Below are positions 50,200-64,000 of a stretch of DNA of 64,000 nt, piece by piece. Within the stretch, counting starts at the first letter, position 1; each line of letters starts with the position of its first letter. Origin of the DNA: Vicugna vicugna. Its lineage: Eukaryota. A model generated the notes under the pieces. The model saw nothing but the letters and a program-made list of their open reading frames with translations, did not search any database and had not been told where the DNA came from. Made by a program: the position numbers and the translations under genes. The stretch is from the NCBI GenBank assembly GCA_013265495.1, contig MU058531.1, positions 1,486,911 through 1,550,910 on the forward strand, given 5' to 3'.

Positions 50200-51500
50200 T
50201 TTGCTCACCATTCTCTCTTCTCTTGTTCTTCATACCCACCCCTGGGATCAATTTTCTTCCTCCTAAATTATATTTATTAGAAACTGTTTTATGAGGGTTT
50301 GTTGGTAGTCAGTTTTTTCCATTTGTCTGTAAATGACTTAACTTCACCTTTACTTGTGAAAGATAGATTCTTCATGCATTTCTATTAAGATCGTTATTGT
50401 TCTCTTAGGACTTTTAGCGTATGATCCACTGTCTTTGGGTTTCATTCTTGATACAAAGTTAGCTGTCAGTATAACTGTCATTCCTTGGTAGATGATCTCT
50501 TTTACTGTGGCTACTTTTAAGATTTTTTTTTCTCTCATGAAACTGCAAAACATCAAAGACAATGTGTATATTGTGTATTTTTTAATCCCTCTTAAGATTC
50601 ATTATGGTTCTTCAAGCTATGAATTTCTACCTTTTAAGTTTAGAAAATTCTTCAGCCATTTCCTTTTATTATTGCTCCTCCCTGTTCTTTCTCATCTCTT
50701 CTGTTAAACATGTGTTGTACCATCTCATTCAACCATTAAATCTCTCTCTGTGCCTAATCTGTTTTTAACCAATGTTTATTTCAGGGGCTATATTTTTCAT
50801 TTCTAGAAACTCTTTTGGTTCCTTTTCAAGTCTCTTTTTTCATACTGTTCTTTCTTTCATACAGTTTTCTTAAAATATTGTTCAGCATACTTGTTTGATA
50901 CATTTAGTTTGTTCACTCTCCTCAGTTCCTGAAGTGCTAATTCTTGTATTTGGTCATCCACTGGCTCTTATAGTGATTTGTTTCCTTATGTGACTTATAA
51001 TTTTGTATTTTTGCTTTCTTATTTCATTTTGTGCCCTAGCAGAGTAGTTTCATGTTGTTCTCAACCAAGGCCCCACAGGTTTCCCACACCAATTTTTATG
51101 TTACCTTTTCCTTGGATTAGGGTTCCTTTCCCACTTGTATAAATTTGGACCCCCTCACCTAAGTGGCACAGGCTGGGGTTCATGGGTAAAGTTTTTCTAT
51201 CCCCTTTTCATAGACATGGCAATGCTCTTAAATTCTAGGCTTTAGGAAGTGGGATCAGTTTTGGTTCCTCACTTTGAATAGGCTTCAGACATGTGTATTG
51301 AATTCTCTGGGCATTAAAATCCATCAGAGGGTTCATGACCTTCATGAGTCACCAAATCCTGCTTACTATTCTGGCTTTTCCTTTCTTCCTCATTTCCTGT
51401 GACTAATGATTTCCCTGCCTCCCTTCCTTTTAATCTGGGACGTTTATAGTTTAAGATTCTGTAGCTATATGTTGCCCAAAATTTATAAAAGTTTATCACA
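50200..51500 (-). mobile_element. Old L1 (L1ME-like) ORF1/5' fragment
   Basis: T-rich; aagttagctgtcagtataactgtcattcctt…tttagaaaattcttcagccatt…tttcatttctagaaact. Confidence 0.55.
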
Positions 51501-53218
51501 GAAAATGGCCTCTTCCATTTCAGCTCAGCCTATATAAGCCTGCTTCTTGGTTATTTTTTACCCCATCCAATGCATAAAACTTTTAAATACACTGTTCTCT
51601 GTAGATCATTTTTACCAGTGTTTATTTGTTAATTTAACCCTTGTTTATTGAGTGCCTGTTACATTTCAGCTGGAGGCTGATCTTTGGCACCATACATCAT
51701 CTGCTTATTCCCCACAAACATAAGAAGTAAATGTGATTCTGAATACTTACCTTATGAAGCATTAAAATGTGCATCATAGCAAGAAAATTTCTCCAGAATT
51801 TTCATGACAATTATACAACTCAGTGTTTCCATGCCATTTAGATACTGTGACTCTGATATACATACTTGGGGAGCGTTAGTCACTACTGAGTTAAGCTGCT
51901 AGGTTTTTTTGGCAAAGCATCTTGACTTTTTCACGCATGCACGCACACACATGTGCATGCGCGCGCAAAGACACACACACACAAATTATGATAGAAAAAA
52001 TACAGAATTATTTCAGTAAGTTTCCTCAAGGAACATAATCCTGTGCTGTGTTTCCCACTGAATATAGGCTGGCTCTTGTAAGATCTTCAGTACGCCTTCC
52101 TTACTTGTCTGTTTCTGTCACTGGCAATCTTATTCTCCTGATTCGCTTGGCTTGCAAATATTGGTCTCATTTTGACTTTTCCTTCTCTTCTGCCTTGCGT
52201 CCACAAGCTTCATCTTCATGCTGTTTCTCAGATCTGACCCTTCTTTCTGCTCCATTCCTGCAGGCTCCTCCTTGGTTTAGATCCACAATCCTTCATCGCT
52301 AACTGTCCTCCCTGACTATAGCCTTACTCTTTCCCCATTTATCCTAAGGTTCCCACAGCTGATCTTTATAAAAGTCTGTTTTTACCATGTGTCTTGCTGT
52401 CCAGTGTCTAAGGTATATCTAACCCCCTCCCAACTCCAAAGCCTAGTGTGTGGTCCACTTTTATTTTGCATACTCCCTAATACCAACTTCCGGAAGGATG
52501 GCTCCTCTACTGTCTCCTGAACATACCCTGCTCAGTCCATCGCTGCTCAGCCTCATGCTTCTGAGGTGCTCTTCCTGCTCCTCTCCAACTAACCAAGTCC
52601 TCCCTCAGCCCTAGCCCAGTCCAGCTCAGGTCTCCTTCCGTCCAAACCTCCCCAGACTAGAATTTTCTCTCCCCAGCCAAACCTCACCCTGAATCACCAC
52701 CACCCCCCAAACAAAAAAACTAGCTGGAAGGCACATGTCCCTCGTTTAACACCCATCCCACCTACCTTTATTGCTCAGGTGACTCTTACTATTTCAAATT
52801 TGTGTGGGGTTCGTTGTGTGCAGATCAGCAACTTGAGAATAGAGACATTTCCTGTGTCCCCACCTAGCACAGAGCCAGGTCAGTGAACTCAGAGAAAATC
52901 TTACCTGATTTGTTGACTTGACTGGGCAGGTGAAACACTCACTGAATCAGTGGAGTGAACCAGAAACCTGCACGGGTAAGTAGTTTCATTTTTACGTTAT
53001 AGCCGCTTGCCCTGCCTCACACAGACCCGCTCTCACCCTGACTATTAAGACTTCGGTGTGTCAGCCTCAGGGAAACGCCTTCTTAACCCCCACCCACCAT
53101 CAGGTTCCCATCAGTCTAGGCCGGCCTTTCCACTTCCAGCCACACAGAGCCTCTGCCTGTCCACCTCCAGTTACTGAGCAGCCTGCTCATCAAATGAAAC
53201 AAAACCAGTGGGCAGAGG

Positions 53219-53580
53219 TGGGGAAGGTATAGCTTAATGGTAGAGTGGTGTATTTGATCACCTGGGATATAGGCCAAGAGTATTTGTGAGGAAATTTATA
53301 GCTCTAAATATTTTTATTACCAAAAGATAAAATTAATGAATTTCACAAATAAATTAAAATTTTGGGATGGGGTGGGGACAGCAAGCTGGGAACAAAGAAA
53401 AATAAAGAGAAAAAGATAAAAGCATCAAGAAATAATTCAATTAGAAAACATAAAAACACAATAATTGAGACATAAATCCAAAAGCATATTTGAGCTTGAA
53501 AAAGCTGATAAAATCAACAAACTTCTAGCAAACATTAATCAGGAAAAACACACCCGATTAGGAATGAGAAGTAGTTGCAT
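53219..53580 (+). mobile_element. 5' fragment of camelid SINE joined to an L1 ORF2 fragment
   Basis: gggaaggtatagcttaatggtagagtg, then ctgggatataggccaagagta…gaggaaatttatagctctaaat…tttgagcttgaaaaagctgataaaatcaacaaacttctagc. Confidence 0.6.
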
Positions 53581-54131
53581 TAAATAAGCAGGGATGTGCC
53601 ACAGAATCATGATTATTGAGCCGGGAACCCATCTGACTGCCGGCCTAGGTGGGTGAGTCTCAGGCCTGGCTGGCTGGGCAAATCTGGGCGCACTCCTCCT
53701 CCTGCCACCTCAGTGGTACCCAAAACTGGCATTCCTTTTAAGGAGTAGAGGAACCATCACAGAGGTCGGGGAAGAGACCATCTCATTCCCTGCTCAGGCC
53801 CTAGCCCACTCTGTGACTTTGGGCAGGTGATCTCACAGAGCCTCTGTGATGCAGCCGTTAAATGGAGTGAGAATATCAAGTCTATCTACCTATCTGGTGA
53901 CCTTTTAAACCAGGGATTCCATGCACATCCTCCCAGAGGCCAGTGGGCTCTCCTCTGTCATTTTTCCTTTTGATTTTGATAACCTAAAGTGATAACCACC
54001 AGCGGACTCTGGTTAGTTCCTGGTCAGCAAGAATCACAGATGCATCATGATTTCAGACACAGCATTTGCCTTTGGATCCAAGGGAGGATCGTATGTCATC
54101 TCAGCACACAAGACGGACGAGTGGTTGGAGG

Positions 54132-54612
54132 TGTACTAGTTTCCTATTGCTGCTGTGATGGATTACCACCAACTTAGAGGCTTCAAACAACACAGATTTA
54201 TCATCTTACAGTTCTGGAGCTCAGACATGTGAAATGGATCTCACTAGATCCGAGGCTAGAACCGAGGTGTCCGAGGGCTGCATTCCTTCTGGAGGCTCTA
54301 GGGGAGAATCTGTTTCCTTGCATTTTCAAGCTCCAAGAGGGCGCCCGTATTCCTTGGTTTGTGGCCCCTTTCTTCTTCATCTTCAAAGTTGGCAGTGAAC
54401 TTTCTGGCCTCCCTCTGCCACTTGCAAGAGCTCTGTGATTACATTAGGCCCACCCAGATAGTCCAGGATCAACCACCCAGCTCAAGATCCCTGATTTAAT
54501 CACAACTGTGGTTTATTTAATCGCATCCCACTTGCTGTGTGAGGTGACATAATCACAGGTTCCTGGGGTTAAGACCTGGACGTCTTTGGGGGCCACTATT
54601 CTCCCTGCCACA
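54132..54612 (-). mobile_element. MaLR solo LTR (MLT1D-like)
   Basis: tgtactagtttcctattgctgctgtga…tcttacagttctggag…gggggccactattctccctgccaca. Confidence 0.88.
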
Positions 54613-55184
54613 GAAAGATTTCCACTGTCAAGTAGAAGACAAAATGGACAAAATAATAAGGAATGGTCCAAACGGCACAGTGAGTCTTCCATTCCTTCAC
54701 TGGTTTCCTACAACAAGCCAACCATCTTTCCTGTGATGTGTTTTTTAACTAACTGTATCTGCAGCATCCAAAAACTAATTTCAGATATTCTCCACTTCCT
54801 AAATATGGCAGAAATAATACTGGAAATGAAAAAAAAAACAAGCTTTATATATTTCTTGGTGACCTCCCTTTTCTAGATTCCCCAATGCATTGAGAAGACC
54901 TCTTCTTGTTAAAAGGAATGAAACAGATCGACATGTGCTAACCTGGACAGACGTGCAAAATAGGTGGTTCAGTATGAGAAACACGCCTCAGAGCAGCGTG
55001 TTTAGTGTGATCCCATTTCCATAAAATAATAGATGTATTTTTGTTTTTACATAGAATATCCCCACAAGAATATAAACTGAACTGTTAACTGTATGTGTTT
55101 TCCTGGGGACTGGAGGCAGCAGAGAGGAGGCAGAACTCCAGGAGGGTTTCACTCTCTAAATCATAATATCTATAATGCTTGATT

Positions 55185-55455
55185 ATAATTCTATACATTA
55201 TATATATTATATAGTCGTATATAATTACAAGAATATATAACATTAATATGATTATATTGTTATATATAATTTATATATAATTATAAAAAATAATTGTATT
55301 AATATAATAATACATATATAACACAAGAATATAAGTTATATTACATTAATATAATTCTATTATATATAAATATAAAACAATATAATTGTATTAATAAAAC
55401 ATAAGTAACATAATGTATAATAGATAATAGAATTATACAATATGATATATATAGT
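55185..55455. repeat. AT-rich low-complexity (TA)n-derived tract
   Basis: Almost entirely A/T, with internal repeats such as acaagaatata and taattgtattaata. Confidence 0.9.
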
Positions 55456-58400
55456 AAACTCATTAGTTTTGTAACTATGAAAAAATAGGACAGTGCTTGT
55501 TTGTGTTTAAAGACTAAGGGGCTCTTCTAAAACAGCTTCTTCTGGAGAATTGCATCAACCAGAATTTCAGGATTCTGGCCAATCAATGTGAGCCTTAGGC
55601 CTCACCTCTGAGTGTTGTCTAGTCCCTGCTTTCCAATCCCTCCTTGGAAATCTTAGCTCTCCCTCTTGTCATTGCAATCACAGGGAATGTAGGTCAGGTA
55701 ATTAGTAACCAGGGTTTATTTACTTTGGAAAACACTCAGTACATTCGGGCAAAATAGTCCAGTTCCGATTCCTGAGGGCAGAATCCTAGAGCTTTCTCGA
55801 GAGGAGGAGTGCTGGGGTCGCTGCAAGCCAGGGCCCTTGTTGTACCCTGAGGCCCAGAGCTAGGTCACCAGCTAGTAAGCAGCAGTGCTGGGAGTCATAC
55901 CAGGTCTGGGGCACTCCTGATGCCATGCTCTTGCCGCTTGACTGCCCCCTGGTCCTTCCTAGGATTCCAGCCGAGGGCTCCAGAGACTGGCACAGCCCAG
56001 ATGTGCAGTAGTGGTCCCACTCGTGGCCCACTGCACCTTGGGCTGCGATACTAGTGACCATGGGGAGTGACTGGGAGCATCTGTCACCCAAATGGCCTGG
56101 AGATGCACCTGTCACAAGTGGCGGGCTGCTCCTGCTGCAAAGCAGTACCAGCTGGGTTAACATCACAGTCTTGACAATCCCTTGGGTCGCTCTTGGCTCC
56201 TTAAATGTGAAGTTTTACAACCAGGCCACTCTCTTGACTGAACTAAATGTGATATGACTCATGGACCCCAGAATGGTTCTGGTCAGTAAGACCATCAATG
56301 CAGACAAGCAGGAGCAGCTTCCAGGAATCATGGAGTGGTGTTTATATTCTCTACCAAGCATCAGGTGAGCTGGGAGATTCACCCAGAGGGTCAGGATAGG
56401 TGGTCCCAGGACACAGCAGCATTTGCCCTGGGGCTCACCAGTGAGCAGGAGTGTAGGCAGAAAGGTAGCCCGGCTGGTAACCAGCCTGGAAACGCTGCTT
56501 GGCATTTTCTTCCTAGACTCTTTGCTAGTATGGATGTGGCCACCATCCCCTCTCCCCACCAGGACAGGCTATGCCATGGCGGATGCTGGGAACATGAGGC
56601 ATTGGTGAGCTGGGTAGAGATGCTTCTGTGTGACACCTCAGGATGTTACCACCTGTGAGCAAAGCCTGACCCCAGGAAGGCACTAAGCTTCGTCTCCCAG
56701 GAACTTGAATCCCAGGGCCAGAGCTTAGAAGTCCAGCCACTGCACTGCTCCATCCTTTGAAAGCTGGAAACATATGCGTTGTTCAGTGGGGGTGAGATGA
56801 ATAAGAATGGACCATCCACCCCGACTCAGCATTCTTTACCACAGAAGCAGCTCCTCCAGAGTTGCCTACAGTTTTGCTCTCACTGATCCCCATTTCCATG
56901 GACTCACCAGTCAGGGAAGCCAACCAGCTGCTCTCTGTGCCGGAGGGGTGGTCCTTCTGTCCCAGCCAAGAGCACAGAGGGTCAGGGAAAAGGAGCTGTT
57001 CTCTCCCACCCTCCAACACACACCCACTGCTTATAAGCCTTGCCAAGTGTTGATAAGTGGGGAGCCCCTCCCCAGGTCTTCCACCTAGAATCCTACTCAG
57101 GATGGGCAGGTTTGGGGTGTATGGTGGATTTGAGACCAGATCTCAAACATCTGGAAGGTCTATGTCCCGTCAGAGACATTTTGTTCCTTCTGAGCTCCCC
57201 TGTTCAAACGCCTGGGGACCACGGTGAAGTCATTTCTGTATAACTAGGGGTTGATTTATTGAAGGCCTGCTGCTTTCTTGCCTCCTTACTGTGGCCAGTA
57301 TGGCAGCCTGGCTGTAAGGGAGGACGGATGGCTCCCACAGGACCAGAACCTACACAGAAACCTCAGAACTCAGAGACCCCCCCCCAGGACAGAACACAGT
57401 CACACCGCTGGGGGCTCTGTACACAAGATCGCCAAGGGGATGGATGCTGTTAGGCAAATAAGGCTCCCACAGCTCTGGGGATCGTCTCAGGGCAGTAACC
57501 ACCTTTGCACATCACATTTTCAGTTTCACTCAGGGTGCTCCAGAAAGGATGTGAATTTCCTGAACTCTCTATGCACAAGTTCTATGGGACTCGTGCCTAG
57601 AGAGTCCAGCTCTAAAATGGGAATAACAGGACCCGACTCAGAGGGTTGCTGGGAGAACTAGAAGGAAGAAGATTGTCAGATGATTACCTCAGAGCCTGGC
57701 ATTTTTAAGCACTTACTAAATGTTGGCTAAATGTCACAGTTTGTGGACTCCTGCAGCCTGGGCTGACTGGTACACATCACTCCCCAACACAAATCCCAGA
57801 TGGCATCTAGTGGGGACACAGGGTAAGGGTCCCTCAGAGGCTACAGAGAGAGCAGGCACAACCACAAGCTTTTGATGCGTCCCTTCATCAAAGACCACTC
57901 TGCCCAACGTCACCAAGTCTTTGTGGAAAGTTCTATTTGCTCAACTGATTTCAACACTCGCCTCTTGGCTCCGCCTCCATCCTGTGAATTCTAACCTGTC
58001 TGTCTGAAACTTTCTAACAGGTGGTTTAAAAGTTCAACTTTAAGTAATCAGTGGTATGTATCATCAACAGTCCACCCACTCCTCAACTCAGTCAGTTTAA
58101 ACATGGGTCAGGTCAGACTTTGATCTCGCCTCTAAGCTGTTATGATGACACAGTGGGACACAACATCTGTCCAGCACAAGCAGCATCTTTGCTACACACG
58201 AGCTCTCAGTCCTCCCAGCAACCCCATGAGGCCAGTGGGGCAAGGCTGTCCCAGGAGGTTAAGAGTAGATGGACCTTTGGCATCTGTGCTAGGTTTTCTA
58301 AATTGCCATTTCTTTGGGTCAGCAATCTGGAAAGAGGACCATCCTGAGACTTGGTGTGCATGAAAGAACACTGCTGTGGACTGTCTTGGGGGTGACCTGG

Positions 58401-58999
58401 GGAACAAATAGCTGCCCCTGGGGATGACTAGACCTTCCATGTCATCTTAATCTGCCTTTCTCATTTTATAAACAGAATCAGTTGAGGCCCAAAGAAGGGA
58501 AGCAACGTCCCAGGGTCATGAGATGGTCAGTGTGGAGCTGGGAACGACTCTGGTCTCCCCAAATTAGCATTTTGTTGAACAGCTGATAGGTGCACAAATT
58601 AAAATTTAAAGTGTTTCTTTATTGTAGGATTTTTCAGTCTTCATGTAATGTACATTAATATATGAGTAAAATCATTTATAATACTTTTTCCGAACTTTAA
58701 GTCCTCTTCTCATAAGAAACACTTATCAATGCCTTAATAAATAACACAGATGGGAAATGTTGGTCTCATCTTTCTGATCTATTTGCATCTAAAAAGTAAT
58801 CATTTCCTAAGCCAAAAATCAGTCATGATTAAGAAGATAAAAACAGAGACCTCTTCTGGGGAAAAAACATCCTAATAAGTCCCAAGTTAAGATTCAGTAT
58901 GAGCATGAGATGACCTTGGCCCCAGGTCCTTCCTCCTAAACCTGAGGACTGGAAGTTGGTTACCCACCTCTCAGTGGGTGAGGCTTGAGGGAGTAAGGC

Positions 59000-60030
59000 C
59001 AGACTGAAGTTTCCAAGGATAGCTGTAAAAATATCTCCTGACCCACAATCTTTTCTACAATGCAGACTTGCTAAGATACTATTAGGAGGCAGAATCAATT
59101 TCTCTTCATCTTGAATCTCAATGGCCTTGTGATGGCTTTGACCAATAGGATGTGGCAGGGAAGTAAGGCTGTGTGACTTCTGGGGCTGAGTCATAAAAAG
59201 TGAGGCGGCTTCTACCTTGCTCACTGGAAATTCACAGCCATGTAAGAAGCCCAGCTAGCCTGAGGCTGCCATGCTGTGAGGAAGCCAAGGCCCAAGGAGA
59301 GGCCACATGTAGGTTAGCAGTCCTGGGCTCAAAGTCATATCAGCCTATGTACCAGACATGTGAGTGGAAGAACCTGCAGATGATTACAGCCCTGTGGTCA
59401 GAGAATGTCACTTGTCATATCAGTAAACAAGGGATGCTGTGGCCATCAAGCCATCAGCCACTGCAGCCAGCCCCAGCTGTGCACCCTGAGGGGATTCAGG
59501 ATGAAGAAAAGCAGGACACTGATCCTAGAGAGTTAAGGTGCAAATCAAAGTGATTTCAGTGAGCCCAGACTCTTGCGTCTTCCCATACATAGTAGAGCAC
59601 TAAATTCATTAACTTGAAATGTCTGTTTTTCTTTAATTAACAGTAATCTTTCGATGTTCCAACAACCTGGGTTTTTTTTTTTTTTCCCAAAAAACTCCTG
59701 TATTTCCTGGCTCCTCCCTTCCCTCTTCAGAACAGTCCCTCAGGGCTATTTGAGAGGCTATCCACAAGGCCTCAGTACGTCCACTGAATAAAACATAATT
59801 CTCAGCTTTTAGATTGTGCATTTTTTTTCAATTGACAGCTCCCACCTGTTGAGTCACTCCCAGCCTTTGAGGCTTCCCAGCTGAGGTCCCAGATGTCACA
59901 GAGTAGTGACAAGCCATCTCCTTTGTGCCCTGTCTAAATTCCTGACCCAAAGAATCTGTGAGTATAATAAAAATGGCAGTTGGGCCAGTAAGTTTTGGGG
60001 TAGTCCAGTACACAGCAGTAGTAACTGGAG
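59000..60030 (+). mobile_element. MaLR LTR (MLT1G/H-like) split by an ERV1-type LTR
   Basis: ggccttgtgatggctttgaccaatagga…gaggctgccatgctgtgaggaagcc…gatgattacagccc, resuming as cacctgttgagtcactcccagcc…aaattcctgacccaaagaatctgtgag. Confidence 0.8.
59393..59837 (+). mobile_element. ERV1-class solo LTR (445 bp)
   Basis: TGT…ACA termini, AATAAA at 59787, 4-bp flanks gccc/gctc; interrupts the MLT1. Confidence 0.8.
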
Positions 60031-60874
60031 TGTGCATAACACAAGCATGAGTGAGCATATTTAAGTTGAAGGTTTAGAGTGGTAACAGTGTCCTCTTTTA
60101 TTATTGATAGGTGATTCTCTTCTGTATGCTTTGTTGATTGGCATTTAACCTTTTGATTGAGGACTCATTTATTCAAGAATACATATTACGATACAGCTAT
60201 ATGCAAGATCAAAGGGACAAAGCACAAATGAGGCACCAGCTCCATGGAGTTTCTCTTGTATGTGGACACTTACTCAAATACTAGTATCACACAACTGGAA
60301 ATCTTCAACAGGAAGGAAGAAATGGGGGAGAAAAAAGGCAGAGAAACCCCCTGGGTAACCAGAAGATACATAAACCTTTGGGTGCTCTAAGCCATGGAGA
60401 CAGCAAGTCAATGGCTTGAAGCCGGAAATGGTTTTCCAACCAGCTGTGAATTTGAAAGTCCCATATGTGGTACAACATTAAGCTGCTATTTTGGAAATTC
60501 TTTCATCTTTTTTAGAGACATCTCCGGGGCCCGTCCTTCCTCTTGGAAGGCAGCCAGTTCTCTGCAGAAATCACTTCATCAGCGGGAGCTGAGGCATTTC
60601 GCATGCAACTGTATAATTCTGGAAATGTGGCTTAAAAAAATTCTCTCCTGGGTGAAGAAAGAAAAATTGCAGAGCAATGTTTCTGTAAGCACCAGCTGGA
60701 CAGCTTTGGATGCACTTTTTTTTTTCCTTTTTTCCCTTTTGAAATGACAGAATCTTGGCACCTGCAGCATTGTTGATTTCCTTAAGAGTGATGATTCCAC
60801 TTTGGAGTCACTGGGGTTTTTCCATCATCCTCAGCGTCCACGGCACCAGTAGTATCCTCTTAGATGTTCAGTTG

Positions 60875-61520
60875 AATTTGCAATTATTTGTTGAGTGTTT
60901 GTGTCAGACACCATGTCAAGTGTTGGAGATGGAGTCATGAACAAGACAGCCATGGTCCCTGCCTTTACACAAGTCACACTCCAGCAGTGACAACAGACGT
61001 TAGGCAAACGAGACAAGTATCTGAGTACTACAAAGGGAGAGGGAGGTGCAGGTGCCCACCGAGGTCAGGGGCGTTCTCTCTGAGCAGATACTCAAAAGAG
61101 GAGGGGGCGGTAACAGAGGAAAGGAGAGAGGAGAGCAGAGCTGGTGGAGGAAAAAGCCTGGCCAAGGTCTGGCCACTAGAGAAAACTGCGGGTATTTGAG
61201 GAACTGAGGGGGGACCAGTGGGTGGGGAAAGCAGGAGGAAGAGCAAGGGGGAGGGGAGTGGACAGGGCTGGCCTCAGGCAGAGACTGTGAGCACACTGAG
61301 GATGTAAAATGTCGTCTGAAGTACAGTGGGACACCACTGATGTATTTTAAGCCGTGTGAGCACATTAATGTCTTGGAAAGCTCACTCTATAATTAGTATA
61401 CTGTTTGAGTCGGAGAGAACCGAGAATGATGTCAGAGAGTCCAGGCCAAAGGCTACTGCCATAGTCCAAATGAACAATGGTGCCAGCCTCAATCAGCACA
61501 GCACCCGAGGCTATAGGAGA
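60875..61520 (-). mobile_element. L2 3' fragment
   Basis: atttgttgagtg…gtgttggagatggagtcatgaacaagacagccatggtccctgcc…ggctactgccatagtccaaatga. Confidence 0.75.
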
Positions 61521-62087
61521 GGAAGGGAGCTGGGGAGCTGAAAACTCTTTGTTTAACAAAACACTCTGATGGGCCTTTTCATTGTAGTAAGAGGCCCTGG
61601 GGCTTATCCAGAGGCTGAAGACTAAGGGAACCAGGTGCCTGGCCTAATAATGGGGGAAGAAGCTCAGGTCCCTGTGGGCAATCCCAAAGGAAGGGACAAG
61701 GAGGCACTGGAGTGGAGAGACATTGGAGAAACGGAGGTAGGGGGGTGGGTAGCGCAGCAAGATGGGGAGCGGCCAGGATTCCAGAGAGAAGCAAGGACCA
61801 GTGAGAAGCCTCGGGTGATGCGGATAGCAGAGGGACAGGTAAGAACCACAATCTGGTTTTGTGCTGTGGGTTGCTACTGTTTAATGAATTCTCCACCCAT
61901 ACTACGATTGCTTATAATTTCTCTCGAGTCCCCGGAGAGCTACGGGCAAGTAGTGTTTTGAGAAAATGAAGGGAATTGGGCCATGATCCATGTCTGCCTG
62001 GGCACTTGGAGGAAAAAAGGAAGTAGCCTCGAAAAGTGGATCTTGAGTCTTCAGAGAAGCAGAAAATTGGAAGAAGAGGTGAGCAGG

Positions 62088-62211
62088 AGGGAACTATATT
62101 CAATATCTTATAAAACCCATAAGTAAAAAGAAGAATATACATAAATGTATAACTGAATTACTATGCTGTACACCAGATACTAACACAGCATTTTAAATTC
62201 AATTAAAAAAA
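62088..62211 (+). mobile_element. Very short L1 3' end
   Basis: agggaactatattcaatatctt…tgtataactgaattactatgctgtacaccaga…aattaaaaaaa. Confidence 0.8.
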
Positions 62212-64000
62212 GGGAGCTGACCAAGATGAGTGTCCGGAAAAAGGCACAGGACCCAGGGCCGTCCACAGTCTGTGGGGCGGGGGTTTGAGGCATTTGAAGC
62301 CAGATACCACAGGTCGGGTAAAATGTCACATAAATACTATCTGTGAACTGTATTTGGATTCTGAATTGAAAACCAACTATGAAAAGTACAGTTTCTTGCA
62401 GTGACAACCTTCCCATGAGAACATCTCAAAGCATCTCCTTCATGCCTTCGTCCCTTTCCGGAAGAGGAAAAGAGGAAACATATGGCGTGCCTGGTGCAGA
62501 GCCTCGGTTCCCACTTCATGGATTCGAAATACCCAGATGCTATCAAATTGCCACCGCCTGTGGCCAAGCGCAAATGGTAATTTTGTGTGCTGGCTACTGC
62601 ACTGTCGCTGCCAGCCTGCAGGAGGCAAAGCAAGGTTTACAGAAGGATGCTCCTCAGACAGAAGCAGCACCGAAAGCCCTGTGCATGGGGATGAGTGGGA
62701 AACTCCCTATAGTCACGTTTTGGATACCGAAAGAAAAAATGTAATGGAGACAGAGAAATTCTACTATGAACTGGATGTTAGAAATTAACTATGTTTATGT
62801 GATAATGGCATTGTATATGGGTGTGTTGTCATTATGTTCGTTTTTTGCTTTAGTCCTTTTCTGTTATAGGCACATACAGTATTTATGGGTGAAATAATAT
62901 GCTGTCTGGGATTTGCCTTTAAAATGTCCAGGAAAACGTACACAGAGAAAAGCCCCAGACCCAGACAACATCCTGAAAATTCTACCAATCCTTTAGGAAC
63001 TGATCATTACAATGCTGTCTAAACTGCTCAGGGTATTGGAGATGTATTCGCTCACTTACTCCTCACAACATCCCTCCGAGGCAGACAGCATCTTTACATA
63101 TGAGGTCACTAAGTCACAGAGATATGAAAAAATCTACCCAGGGTCACACAGCTGGAGGTGATGAAGGCAGATCTGAAACCAGGTGATGCAGTCCTAGCAC
63201 AAGTGCCTCTAGCCTAGGGCTGCCATATACGATCTTTGTGAACAGCACCCCCTGGAGTTGTGCAGAACACAGCACAACCTTTAAGAATTTTCATGTGGAC
63301 CTACCTTTACCACGATACTACTCAGCCTTTCATAAATGAATAAATGAGCGGATCAGTACATGAAGAGTGAATGAATTCTCTTAATTTCTTCTTTCTAGTT
63401 TCACCCTCAGCCGATGGGTTCCCTAAATGCTGCCTTGTTCTTAAGAAGGCTGAATGCCGAGGTATCCATGCCAAGACTGCACTGATTGAGTTCCAGTGGC
63501 CTCTTTGCTCACTCTGCTTTACTGCTTGGGAACAAATCAATTGTCAAAATTGCCTGTTTGGGAAATGAAGTGATGGTGGCCTGGTTCCTTTTGGCTCCCC
63601 TGGCTTCCTCTAACTTGGAGGGACGGCACTCAGCCCCCTATCAGAAACTCTGGCCTGAGATGAAGGAAAAGGCCACCAACACAGTGGGGTGTGAAGGAAG
63701 CCAGAGGTCCACCTGCCCAAAATTACTTACCTCCTTAGACTGCTTCTGTGCTTGAAACTCCTGCCATTGGCTTCTCTGGCCTGGAGTAAGTGAGGCCCGG
63801 TCAAAAATGTGACTCTGGAAGCTGAGAGGAAGAGCACACAGATAATCCTTGGTGACAGTTTTACGTGAACAGATTCCTTCATCATCGAACTAAGAAAGTA
63901 GGACCAAGAGGAGTGAGATTCAGATGGATGTGATGAGAGGAGAGAGGAATCCCCCAAAGCCCGAGTGTGGCGCTGTTTGGTGAGGGGACTCTTCCTCTGT

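Noticed and set aside
55941..55955. CTCF-like motif (minus strand GGACCAGGGGGCAGT)
   Set aside because: The key leading CC of the consensus is GG; a single motif without other support.
55786..58440. Dense overlapping 60-127 aa ORFs on both strands
   Set aside because: Expected in locally GC-richer DNA; no recognisable domain, consistent frame or exon chain.
60394..63957. ORF cluster near the window end
   Set aside because: Overlaps L2, L1 and MIR remnants; no recognisable protein.

Overview
Mammalian genomic DNA. The tRNA-Ala-derived vic-1-type SINEs point to a camelid (camel, alpaca or llama). The window holds most of HECTD2, a HECT-type E3 ubiquitin ligase, on the + strand. I traced 19 coding exons by hand from 13880 to the TAA at 45158-45160 (2063 nt). 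All have AG/GT boundaries and continuous phase, and correspond to exons 3-21 of the human gene as I recall it. Exons 1-2 lie upstream of the window. A ~2.2 kb 3'UTR follows, then ~16.5 kb of repeat-rich intergenic DNA. Introns and flanks carry ordinary mammalian repeats (MLT1 LTRs, an ERV1-type solo LTR, L1, L2, MIR, MER5/58/82, Tigger2-type MITEs). I found no prokaryote-style novel system or second gene. The noteworthy signals are post-transcriptional: a U12 (minor spliceosome) intron inside the HECT domain with a perfect hairpin just after its donor, two candidate poison exons, a possible intron-5 truncated isoform next to a perfect 80-bp tandem duplication, and miR-221/222 and miR-218 sites in the 3'UTR. 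One miR-221/222 site sits in two mutually exclusive hairpins. Repeat family names and boundaries come from recalled consensus sequences and are approximate.
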